A DNA stretch of 64,000 bases from Clostridiaceae bacterium BRH_c20a (GTDB lineage: Bacteria > Bacillota > Peptococcia > Peptococcales > BICA1-8): NCBI GenBank assembly GCA_000961765.1, contig LADT01000026.1, positions 19,574 through 83,573 on the forward strand. Direction: 5' to 3'. Shown here one piece after another: positions 19,318 through 27,691 of this stretch (position 1 is its first letter; each line of letters begins with the position of its first letter). A program made the position numbers and the translations under genes. The notes under the pieces are model-generated. The model was not told where the DNA came from. It saw nothing but the letters and a program-made list of their open reading frames with translations, and searched no databases.

Positions 19318-20280
19318 CTAAGGGTTTAAATATGTATAAAAATATCCTTTTTGATTTTCTTTAAATATGCCGATAGTTTTTTGACTGTCACAGGCATTGA
19401 TTATACCTAAAATGTAACAGTGTGGATAGATGTTTTCCCCATTTTCACCAGTCAAGGGTTCTATAACCTCTAAATCTTTATTGAATACTAAGTAGTAGAT
19501 TTTATTTTGGGGAGTTAAATGGAGGGGGGCATCTATTTTAGTAAAATTGAATTGAAAAGGTTCAATAATAATTGAATTTTTAAAATTTAAAGACTCCTTA
19601 TAATGTCTCTGATAATTGTCCTGAAAATCTTTTGTAATTAGTTCAACAAAAGCTTCCTGGAAAAAAGGAATTTTATTTAAAGTTTCACAGGGGTCCTGGT
19701 TTACTTTTAAATCTTGAAAAATAGAAGAGATTACATTGGGGCAGCAGTCAACTAGTTTTTTAAAAAGCATCCATCGCTCATATCTTGTTTCATAAGGAGT
19801 ATCAAAAAGGGGTTCAGTGCAGTCGAAAACTTCACGATAGTTTTCCAAGGTATAATTTTCAAACCAACGGGCGGAAGACTCTATTACCCAGTTAGAATGG
19901 CTATCTTTGAAGTCGAGTTTATAGGAACTATCCTGGATAAAATGAAAATACTCATGATAAATATTATTAGCTGAAGGTTGGTAGAGGAAAGCTGTATTTA
20001 GTACGGGCAGATAATGACCGCCAAATTTCTGCAATAGAGGTGTTTTAGCCAGAAATTCCGGACACGTTATTATCAAAAAGGGGCTTTTGGGGATTTCTAG
20101 GCTTAGGCTTTGAGCCAGTGTTTTTGCATCAGTAATATTATTTTGAATAACGCTGACTTGAGCTTCAAAAAAGGAAATAATAATTACACCATCTTTATAA
20201 AAAACCGAGGTTAAGGTGAAGAATAAAAGGGGTAATATTATTAAGACAAGTATTATTTTTATTCTGTTCAAACCTCTCAC
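19318..20280 (-). CDS. Membrane-anchored/exported putative zinc metallopeptidase
   Basis: N-terminal hydrophobic segment; HEYFHFIQ followed by WVIESSARWFE (gluzincin-like). Confidence 0.55.
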   Translation of the reverse strand: MRGLNRIKIILVLIILPLLFFTLTSVFYKDGVIIISFFEAQVSVIQNNITDAKTLAQSLSLEIPKSPFLIITCPEFLAKTPLLQKFGGHYLPVLNTAFLYQPSANNIYHEYFHFIQDSSYKLDFKDSHSNWVIESSARWFENYTLENYREVFDCTEPLFDTPYETRYERWMLFKKLVDCCPNVISSIFQDLKVNQDPCETLNKIPFFQEAFVELITKDFQDNYQRHYKESLNFKNSIIIEPFQFNFTKIDAPLHLTPQNKIYYLVFNKDLEVIEPLTGENGENIYPHCYILGIINACDSQKTIGIFKENQKGYFYTYLNP

Positions 20281-20302
20281 CCCTTTCTATACATTTATTA
20301 TA

Positions 20303-20320
20303 TTGTGAATGAAAGAACAA
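20303..20320. promoter_or_regulatory. Putative Rex-like operator
   Basis: TTGTGAA-TGAA-AGAACAA, with a second TTGTGAA half-site at 20326. Confidence 0.3.
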
Positions 20321-20362
20321 TACAATTGTGAATAAAAAGCAGTATGAAAGGTTGGGTACCAA

Positions 20363-21175
20363 TTGGTGGTGAGCAAGCTATACCAGGGCTGGTTAAATGC
20401 AGTAGACAAACATGATTATAAAAAAGCAAGAAAGTTATATATGGCGCTATTAAAAGAGGCACCGTTGACTGCGGGGATTAATTTCCCAATGGGCGTGTGG
20501 TATAAGGAAAAGGAGCTGTTTGAAGAAGCCGAGATGGCTTTTAAGAGGGCACTAATAACAGATCCTGGAATTGTTGCAGATAGTTACTATTACCTGGGAA
20601 ATGTCTCGCGAGAGCAAGGAGACCATGGGCAGGCAATTGCTTATTACCGAGAATCCTTAAAGGTGGACCCTAATTTCTTTGAAGCCCAATATAATTTGGG
20701 GAAAATATATGCCATATTAGGTCAATCAAAAGAGGCATTACAAGAATTCACTAAAGCCTTGGAATTAAGCCCGGAGGATGTAGATACATATATTAATATT
20801 GGTGTGGAATTATCAAATCAGGGGAAAAGAAAAGAGGCTCTTGAAAGCTATGAAAAAGCACTGGAATTAAATCCGGAATCATATTTGGTTTACTCCAATA
20901 TTGGTGTTGAGTTTACTGCTTTAGGAAATTATGAGCAGGGTATTTTATATCATAAAAAAGCTCTTGCCTTAAACTCCTTTTATGCTGATGGGTGGTATAA
21001 TCTGGCCTGTTCCTACGCTCGGGCTGATGATTTTGAAAACTCATTAAAGGCACTAGAACGTTCTATTAGGCTAGATGCAAGCAATATAGAATATGCTAAA
21101 AAGGATCCTGAATTGGATAATATCAAAAGTACCTCCGGATATAAAAGTATTATAAAAAAATTTCCCAGACCATAA
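20363..21175 (+). CDS. TPR repeat protein
   Basis: Multiple 34-aa repeats (YYYLG..A..Y..AL..P); terminal WYNLACSYA..AKKDPELDNI. Confidence 0.9.
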   Translation: MVVSKLYQGWLNAVDKHDYKKARKLYMALLKEAPLTAGINFPMGVWYKEKELFEEAEMAFKRALITDPGIVADSYYYLGNVSREQGDHGQAIAYYRESLKVDPNFFEAQYNLGKIYAILGQSKEALQEFTKALELSPEDVDTYINIGVELSNQGKRKEALESYEKALELNPESYLVYSNIGVEFTALGNYEQGILYHKKALALNSFYADGWYNLACSYARADDFENSLKALERSIRLDASNIEYAKKDPELDNIKSTSGYKSIIKKFPRP

Positions 21176-21225
21176 AGGATATAAAGTATTTTTATGGAAT
21201 ATATATTCAATAAAAATACTTTACA

Positions 21226-21903
21226 ATGAAGAGGGTGTTTGATATGAAAAGTGAAAAATATTTTATTCACCTTTCTTCGGAAGAACAGGAAGTATTTAAA
21301 GAGTATTCCATACCGCTGGTATTTCCAAAAGAACATAATATTTTTTCGCCCGGGGATGTGCCTAATTATATCTATTTTATCGAGGCAGGTAGAATAAAAA
21401 TTTACAGAATTACAATGGATGGAGAATATATAACCATTTCCATCAGACATGCAGGTGAGGTTTGCGGCCTGGCTGAGGCTTTATGCAGCATGCCCCGGCA
21501 ATGTTTTGCTATGACTTTAGAAACAACACGTCTGCAGGCTGTAAAAAAAGAAGACTTTTTTCAAATACTATCTATGGAGCCCCAATTAAACCTAAAAATT
21601 TCTCAAGTTTTAAGCAGGAGGTTACGGCATGCCGAAACAATTATCCACGATCTTGTCTATTATAATGTGGAGGCTAGGCTGGCCAGGCTGCTCCTAAGTA
21701 TGTCTAAACAATGCGGACGCCAATATGAGGATCATATTATCTTAGACATAGTCTTAACCCATAAAGATATTGCCAGCATGATTGGTACTTCTAGGCAGAG
21801 TGTGACTCTTTCTCTGCAACAGTTCAAGGACAGGGGTATTATTGATTATCATAAGCGGGAAATAATAATATTGAATTTCGCCAAACTTCGAAATCTAACC
21901 TAA
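21226..21903 (+). CDS. Crp/Fnr family regulator (RQ-type recognition helix)
   Basis: cNMP-binding-like N-domain; LTHKDIASMIGTSRQSVT HTH. Confidence 0.92.
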   Translation: MKRVFDMKSEKYFIHLSSEEQEVFKEYSIPLVFPKEHNIFSPGDVPNYIYFIEAGRIKIYRITMDGEYITISIRHAGEVCGLAEALCSMPRQCFAMTLETTRLQAVKKEDFFQILSMEPQLNLKISQVLSRRLRHAETIIHDLVYYNVEARLARLLLSMSKQCGRQYEDHIILDIVLTHKDIASMIGTSRQSVTLSLQQFKDRGIIDYHKREIIILNFAKLRNLT

Positions 21904-21928
21904 AACACCTCGTTATGAGGTGTTTTTT
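21902..21928 (+). terminator. Intrinsic terminator
   Basis: AAAACACCTC-GTTAT-GAGGTGTTTTTT. Confidence 0.8.
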
Positions 21929-21968
21929 GTACTTAGGGACTTGTATAACTTTGCCAAAAAATGATTTT

Positions 21969-22057
21969 TGTCAGCTAGCTGACATTTAAAATGCAAGCTA
22001 AGTGGCATTGAATTTGTAAATTACCTGACGGTAGCTCTCCCTTTCACAAGCTATAAT
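21969..22057 (+). promoter_or_regulatory. Two Crp-family sites plus -10 box (class II promoter)
   Basis: Perfect palindrome TGTCA-GCTAGC-TGACA (21969-21984); TGTAA-N6-TGACG (22015-22030); TATAAT (22052-22057). Confidence 0.7.
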
Positions 22058-22203
22058 TAGGTAAGGTATTTATGTTGTCTATAAGCAGCTGAGTTATTGG
22101 CAAAATAAATAATATTTATGAAAGGGGTGTTGATCCGGAAAGTATAGCTTTTATATGTATTTATTTTATTAAGTATTAGGCAAATAAAAGAGGAGGAGAA
22201 TTT

Positions 22204-23688
22204 ATGAGTACTGCAACTGTCAGTATTTCAACTGCCCAAAAACCCAATCTGATTTTTGGTATAGAACCTAAACAATTTTGGGGCCTAATCGCTGGTTTTT
22301 CAATTATGTTCTTGTTCCATTTCGGGCCAGCTTTACCAGGGCTCAAACCAGAAGCCCAGTCAGTATTAGGTGTATTCTTTTGGTTTATGATTATAATGAT
22401 CTGCAATTCCCTGCATAAGTTTGTTGTTGGACTGTTAGCGCCGGGATTTGTAGTTATGCTGGGGAAATTTAAGATACCCGATGCTTTTTCAGCCTTTTCA
22501 AGTGATGCATTCTTTTTAACCGCCGGCGCTTTTGCTTTTGCTGCAATTATGATGGGAACACCACTGGGGAAAAGAATTGCGATTACTATTACCGACTTAT
22601 TCCGGTCAGTTAAGGTAACGAGAATATTTTTCGGGTTATCTGCCGCTGATTTTACCATCAGTGGATTCCTTCCTACTGTGGCAGAAACAGGCTTATTACT
22701 ACCTTTGGCTAAAGGTTTTTCAAGTCTAATGTCCGGCAAGGAACATTTGCCAGAGACTCAAAGAATAAATAAAGGCTTATTCTTATTGATTTGCGGTTTG
22801 ATGCCTCTTTTTACCAGTATGATTATTCTTACTGCTCACTTCCCTAATATCCTGATGGCAGGGATGCTTGAAGAAGCAATTAAAATTAAAGTAACTTGGA
22901 TGGACTGGTTAATATTAAATATTCCCTTATGGGGACTAATGCCCGTCGCCTTTTTCTATACTGTTTGGTATTTTAAGCTGTGGAACGTGGAAATTCCTGG
23001 AGCAGCTGATGAACTTCCCAAGATGAAAGCTGAATTAGGACCCACTACTTGGTCGGAAAAATGGGCCTTAGGTTCACTGATTATTTGTGTATTCCTGTGG
23101 ATAACAGAAAAAACTCTCCATAATTTTAGCACCGGCATGGTTGCTCTTTTACTGGTTCTTTTAGTCTTCCTGCCCTTCAGCAGAATTAAATACAGTCAAA
23201 TTGGCCCACATATTATGTGGGATACCTGGATTTTATTAGGTGGTGCAATTTCCATGGGAACCGCACTTCATAAATCAGGCGCTGTTCAATGGATGGTTGA
23301 TTTGGCACTGGCTCCTATGGGAGATACAATTATTGCCCTCCCGCCTATTATTATTTTAATTATTGTTGTTATAGCCACTCAAATTGCTAGAGCTGGTATT
23401 GTAAGTGCTGCAGCCATGGGTGCAATGTTCATACCGCTTTGTATAACACTGGCACCGGAATTAGGCTTCAACATTTTGCCTTTTACTATGATTGTTGTAA
23501 ACTGTTTAAGCTACTCATTCTTTCTCCCCATGTCGATCACTGCTTTCTTTATTGCTTGGGGTGCAGTAGATATGTCAATGGGTGAGGTAATGAAATTTGG
23601 TGCTCCACTATCTTTAATCTGTAATATTTATACAATTTTAACAATGTCCATGTGGTTACCTTTAATGGGTTATCCCTTGATGCAATAG
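22204..23688 (+). CDS. SLC13/DASS family anion transporter
   Basis: About 12-13 TM; TPLGKRIA, ILTAHFPN, ITWMDW-like, WILLGGAISMG motifs. Confidence 0.85.
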   Translation: MSTATVSISTAQKPNLIFGIEPKQFWGLIAGFSIMFLFHFGPALPGLKPEAQSVLGVFFWFMIIMICNSLHKFVVGLLAPGFVVMLGKFKIPDAFSAFSSDAFFLTAGAFAFAAIMMGTPLGKRIAITITDLFRSVKVTRIFFGLSAADFTISGFLPTVAETGLLLPLAKGFSSLMSGKEHLPETQRINKGLFLLICGLMPLFTSMIILTAHFPNILMAGMLEEAIKIKVTWMDWLILNIPLWGLMPVAFFYTVWYFKLWNVEIPGAADELPKMKAELGPTTWSEKWALGSLIICVFLWITEKTLHNFSTGMVALLLVLLVFLPFSRIKYSQIGPHIMWDTWILLGGAISMGTALHKSGAVQWMVDLALAPMGDTIIALPPIIILIIVVIATQIARAGIVSAAAMGAMFIPLCITLAPELGFNILPFTMIVVNCLSYSFFLPMSITAFFIAWGAVDMSMGEVMKFGAPLSLICNIYTILTMSMWLPLMGYPLMQ

Positions 23689-23715
23689 AATTTTTCTTCA
23701 AATGGGGGAGATAAA

Positions 23716-25482
23716 ATGTGTGCTGAAAAGGTTTTACCGAAAACAATCGATGAAATAGTACTTGAGGTTTTAGAAACAGATTTTCTGATTATCGGTGCCG
23801 GTAATGCAGGCTGCTTTGCAGCAATTGAAGCTAAAAGGCAAAATCCTAATTTAAAGGTTACCCTCATGGAAAAGGCCTATATTGACCGTAGCGGCTGTCT
23901 GGCAGCAGGTATGGATGCTATCAATACTTATCTGAAAAAAGGCAGGACTATAGAAGAGTTTATTAAGTGGAGCCGTTCTCAGGCTGGAGGATTAATTAGG
24001 GAGGACCTAGCTATTAAGGTAGCGGAAAACCTGAATAAGCCGGTGGAAGAGTGGGAACAGTGGGGACTGCCTATAAAAAAGGATGAGGATTCAGAAGAGT
24101 ATAAAACCAGAGGGAAATGGGATATTACCATTCAAGGCGAGTCCATGAAGCCAATTATTGCTGAGAAAGTTAGAGAGTACGGCTGTGAAATATTAAACAG
24201 AGTAACTGCAACTAACGTTTTGATCAGTAAGGGGAAAGTAGTAGGAGCTGCCGGCTTTGGAGTAAGAAACGGAAAGATGTATGTAGTTAAAGCCAAAGCA
24301 ACCTGTATTGCTACCGGTGGGGCTGCCGGTTTGTATAAGACCTATCAGAACGATGGTATTGATAGCCATCATCAGTTGTGGTATTGCCCCTTTAATACAG
24401 GTACAGGTTATGCCATGGGAATCCGTGCAGGAGCGGAAATGACTACCTTTGAAATGCGCTGGTGTGCAACAAGAACTAAGGATTTCAACGGCCCAATCGA
24501 CACCATTTCTGTTGGCTATAAAACCCCTATGATAAATGCTAAGGGAGAAAAAATACTAGAGAAAAGATATGCCCATCTAGGAGGGGAAGCAGCACCTAGG
24601 TATATCCGGGCTAATGCCCCTATGGAGGAATGGTTGGAAGGCCGGGGTCCTTGCTTTGTGGATACCCGGAATATGAGTGATGAGGATATCAAACAAATGA
24701 AGACCGATTATCTAAATGAAAGACCAACTTATGTTTTATTTATGGCTGCCAGGGGGCAGGAGTTAAAAGAGGAGCCAATAGAAATTTATGGTAATGACCC
24801 TTATATTGTGGGCGGTCATACAGCAAGCGGCTATTGGGTAGACACAAATTGGTCCACAACATTACCGGGCTTATTTGCCTGTGGTGATGTTTCCGGCGGA
24901 GTGCCTAATAAATTTGTTGGCGGCTGTGCAGCAGAAGGCTTATTAGCTGCCCAGGGTGCTGTTAAATATATTGCAGGATTGGAAAACCTGCCAGAGGTTG
25001 ATGAAAAGCAAATTGAAGCAGAAAAGCTCAGAGTTTATGCTCCTTTGTTCCGTATGGAGCAGGAAGGTGACGGAGTTCAGTGGCGGGAAATGGAAGAGAG
25101 GATGCAGCGGCTGATGGATGAGTACGCTGGGGGAGTTCATCAATTTTTCCGGATGAGTGAAGAACAGCTAAAATATGCCCTAAAGAATATTAAAATACTT
25201 CAGAGGCAGGTTGAATATTTAATAGCTAAAGATTTTCATGACCTGATGAGCTGTCATGAAGTAATTGATCGGCTGGATGTAGCAGAAGTATTAATCCATC
25301 ATCTTTTATTCCGTAAAGAAACCCGCTGGCCAGGCTGGCAAACCAGGGTTGATTATCCGCAGGTAAATAATGAGGAGTATGACTGTTTTGTCAATTCTTG
25401 TAGAAATCAAGAAACAGGTGAAATAGAAATGTATAAGCGCCCTTATGAACAAATCCTACCTGGTGAGAGGTTACAACCTTAA
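23716..25482 (+). CDS. aprA: Adenylylsulfate reductase-like flavoprotein, alpha subunit
   Basis: FAD motif IIGAGNAG, RSGCLAAGMDAIN, WYCPFNTG, GGHTASGYW, RKETRWPG. Confidence 0.88.
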   Translation: MCAEKVLPKTIDEIVLEVLETDFLIIGAGNAGCFAAIEAKRQNPNLKVTLMEKAYIDRSGCLAAGMDAINTYLKKGRTIEEFIKWSRSQAGGLIREDLAIKVAENLNKPVEEWEQWGLPIKKDEDSEEYKTRGKWDITIQGESMKPIIAEKVREYGCEILNRVTATNVLISKGKVVGAAGFGVRNGKMYVVKAKATCIATGGAAGLYKTYQNDGIDSHHQLWYCPFNTGTGYAMGIRAGAEMTTFEMRWCATRTKDFNGPIDTISVGYKTPMINAKGEKILEKRYAHLGGEAAPRYIRANAPMEEWLEGRGPCFVDTRNMSDEDIKQMKTDYLNERPTYVLFMAARGQELKEEPIEIYGNDPYIVGGHTASGYWVDTNWSTTLPGLFACGDVSGGVPNKFVGGCAAEGLLAAQGAVKYIAGLENLPEVDEKQIEAEKLRVYAPLFRMEQEGDGVQWREMEERMQRLMDEYAGGVHQFFRMSEEQLKYALKNIKILQRQVEYLIAKDFHDLMSCHEVIDRLDVAEVLIHHLLFRKETRWPGWQTRVDYPQVNNEEYDCFVNSCRNQETGEIEMYKRPYEQILPGERLQP

Positions 25483-25515
25483 ATTCATAAATGTTGGACA
25501 AAGGGGGAATTAGTA

Positions 25516-25833
25516 GTGCCGCCAAAAATTAACTTTAATAAGTGTGATGGCTGTAGGGCAGAAGAAGAACCACTATGTGAACAAATATGCCCTGGTAACT
25601 TAATGACTTTGCAAGATGGAAAAGCCCATTGTCGGGGTGACCGTGACTGCTGGGACTGCATGTCTTGCACCAAAATATGTCCTCAAGGTGCAATTGAAAC
25701 TAGGCTTCCCTACCAGCTAGGGTATTATCCGGCAAAACTGATACCCAGAGTAGGTACCAATAAAATTATGTGGACCTGTGTGGATATTAACGGTAAGGTT
25801 GAACGATTTGTGGTTAAGACGAGAAATGACTAA
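25516..25833 (+). CDS. aprB: APS reductase-like beta subunit (2x[4Fe-4S]), short form
   Basis: KCDGC..CEQICP, CWDCMSCTKICP, IMWT..GKVERF; lacks the long C-terminal tail. Confidence 0.85.
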   Translation: MPPKINFNKCDGCRAEEEPLCEQICPGNLMTLQDGKAHCRGDRDCWDCMSCTKICPQGAIETRLPYQLGYYPAKLIPRVGTNKIMWTCVDINGKVERFVVKTRND

Positions 25834-25839
25834 TTAGAG

Positions 25840-27042
25840 GTGGAAAAAATGACTGTAGGAGTAATACTTTGCCGTTGCAACGGGATGATGGAAAATCTGG
25901 ATTGGGTGGCTATAGCAGATTTTCTAAATAAGAAAAAGGATGTAGTTGATACTCTTATTCTAGATATTGCCTGTAGTCCTCAGAGTCAGCAGGATATGGT
26001 GGAGTTTATAGAAAGCCAAAAAATTGACCGCTTTGTTGCAGCGGCTTGTTCTCCTCTAGTTAAAGGCGGTCTGTTTCAGGCCTTAGCCCGCAAAATGGGT
26101 ATGCCAAACCAACATCTAGAACAGGTAAACATAAGGGAACAGTGTTCATGGGCTATTCAAGAATCAGGTCCTGCCCTAGAAAATGCTAAAATAAAGTTAA
26201 ACATGGCATTGAAACGTCTAAGTAAAGTCAAAGATCTAGGTCACTGGCAGTTTAATAAGGCATATATCAATACATTAAGATGTGATAAGTGCAAAAGGTG
26301 TATTGAGGAATGCCCTAATGAGGCTATTTCACTTGGAGTCGATGGGTTTCCTTTTGTTGACGGAAATAAATGTGTTAAGTGCGGGGTTTGTCTGGGGGGA
26401 TGTCCCTTAGGAATTATCTCCCTGCCTAACTTCCGCTTAGAAGAAATTAACGGGATGATTGAAGAGGCAGCTAAATCTAAGAGCAAGCCCAACCTTATTG
26501 GTTTATTTTGCCCCCATGCTTATGAAGAGGCAGATGTTGTTAGTGCTAAGGGGTGCCCTGGACTAGCTAACTTAAATGTAATTTCCGTTCCCTGTTCTGG
26601 CGCGGTAAATATGGCTCTAGTAAACGATGCCCTCGCGACAGGCATTGACGGTGTAATTATTGCAGGCTGTGAGCATAGCCAGTGTCAGCTTCGTAGGGGA
26701 AATGATTATGCTAAGAAAAGAATTGCTAATCAGCAGGAGACTTTAGAAGAGATGTTTTTGGAGAAGGAACGGCTTATTTATATGGCTTTTGACGAAAATT
26801 ATACATCCTCAGCAGAAATAGATGATAAGATTTGTTCAAAATGTGGAATTTGTGAGCATGTATGTCCTTTTAGGGCTATTTCTTACTCCCCGGAAGAGGA
26901 TAGAATGTTTATAAATCCACAGGGCTGCCGCTCTTGCGGTACCTGCTCCGCTTCTTGCCCAGCGGGTGCTGTTAAGCTACCTGAGGCTTGCGATGAAGAA
27001 ATAATGGGAGCTATTGATTTGCTTATAGGGGAGGGTTATTGA
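25840..27042 (+). CDS. QmoB/HdrA-related Fe-S protein: HdrA-N + ferredoxin + MvhD + ferredoxin, no FAD domain
   Basis: VILCRC..ACS..AACSP..NIREQCSW; CDKCKRCIEECP, CVKCGVCLGGCP; MvhD-like VPCSG..GIDGVIIAGC..QC; CSKCGICEHVCP, CRSCGTCSASCP. Confidence 0.75.
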   Translation: MEKMTVGVILCRCNGMMENLDWVAIADFLNKKKDVVDTLILDIACSPQSQQDMVEFIESQKIDRFVAAACSPLVKGGLFQALARKMGMPNQHLEQVNIREQCSWAIQESGPALENAKIKLNMALKRLSKVKDLGHWQFNKAYINTLRCDKCKRCIEECPNEAISLGVDGFPFVDGNKCVKCGVCLGGCPLGIISLPNFRLEEINGMIEEAAKSKSKPNLIGLFCPHAYEEADVVSAKGCPGLANLNVISVPCSGAVNMALVNDALATGIDGVIIAGCEHSQCQLRRGNDYAKKRIANQQETLEEMFLEKERLIYMAFDENYTSSAEIDDKICSKCGICEHVCPFRAISYSPEEDRMFINPQGCRSCGTCSASCPAGAVKLPEACDEEIMGAIDLLIGEGY

Positions 27043-27476
27043 TGGCTGTCAAAATTATTTTCTGCAAAAACCAGAGATGCAGAACAGATCAGTTGGACTT
27101 GACTAGATTTAGGTGTGACCTTAAAAAGGCAAATCAGGAGTTTATTGAACTTCCTGATTTATGTATAAATGTAGAAAAGGTAAACTTAATTTACGGTGAT
27201 TTGGTCATCTGCGGGTGTGATGAAAAAGTATTCAAAAGCAGGTTAGAGAAGAGTGGGAAAAAAATAGTCTTTGCTCCCATTAGAGAAGAATCTTTATGGC
27301 TTTATCAGGATAGAGAAGCCGGTTATAGGCAGGCTCTTTTACAGATAAAGCTGGCCCTAAATCGGCTTAAATTTAAAAGAAAGAATGATAAGCTACCTTT
27401 AAATAGCTTTAATAAAAAAATTAATGATTACTTAGAAATCGTGCATGAATTAGGACCAAATCCTTTTAAAGTTTAA
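27039..27476 (+). CDS. Small protein resembling a degenerate HdrA/Qmo N-terminal domain
   Basis: IFCKNQRC, PDLC, VICGC, APIREESLW..IKLALNRL parallels the N-domain of the upstream gene. Confidence 0.5.
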   Translation: MMAVKIIFCKNQRCRTDQLDLTRFRCDLKKANQEFIELPDLCINVEKVNLIYGDLVICGCDEKVFKSRLEKSGKKIVFAPIREESLWLYQDREAGYRQALLQIKLALNRLKFKRKNDKLPLNSFNKKINDYLEIVHELGPNPFKV

Positions 27477-27487
27477 AATATAGTTAA

Positions 27488-27538
27488 TGTGGGGTGGTTC
27501 TTGCTTAGATCAATTAAGCAAGAACCACCCCGCTTTTT
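27488..27538 (+). terminator. Strong intrinsic terminator ending the apr operon
   Basis: GGGGTGGTTCTTGCTTA..TAAGCAAGAACCACCCC followed by TTTTT. Confidence 0.85.
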
Positions 27539-27621
27539 GCTTTGGTAAGGCTGAATAACTATGGGTAAAACTAGATTCTTTTTCATACTGTAGGTTCTGC
27601 AACGTAGTTACATTAATATAG

Positions 27622-27638
27622 ATACTATAGGGGGGTAT
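27622..27638 (+). promoter_or_regulatory. CsoR-type operator
   Basis: ATAC-TATA-GGGGG-GTAT with G-tract just upstream of TG-T-TATAAT, ahead of copA. Confidence 0.6.
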
Positions 27639-27691
27639 ATGTTATAATGGATCATGAGGGTATAACTTAAGCAGAAATAGGAGGTAAAATT

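Noticed and set aside
22003-22018. Sigma-54-like TGGCA-N6-TTGT upstream of the DASS gene
   Set aside because: The -12 GC is GT, no enhancer-binding protein is nearby, and a sigma-A class II Crp geometry fits better.
23716-27476. Calling the organism a dissimilatory sulfate reducer
   Set aside because: No sat, dsrAB or complete qmoABC in the window; aprA-aprB order and sizes are non-canonical.
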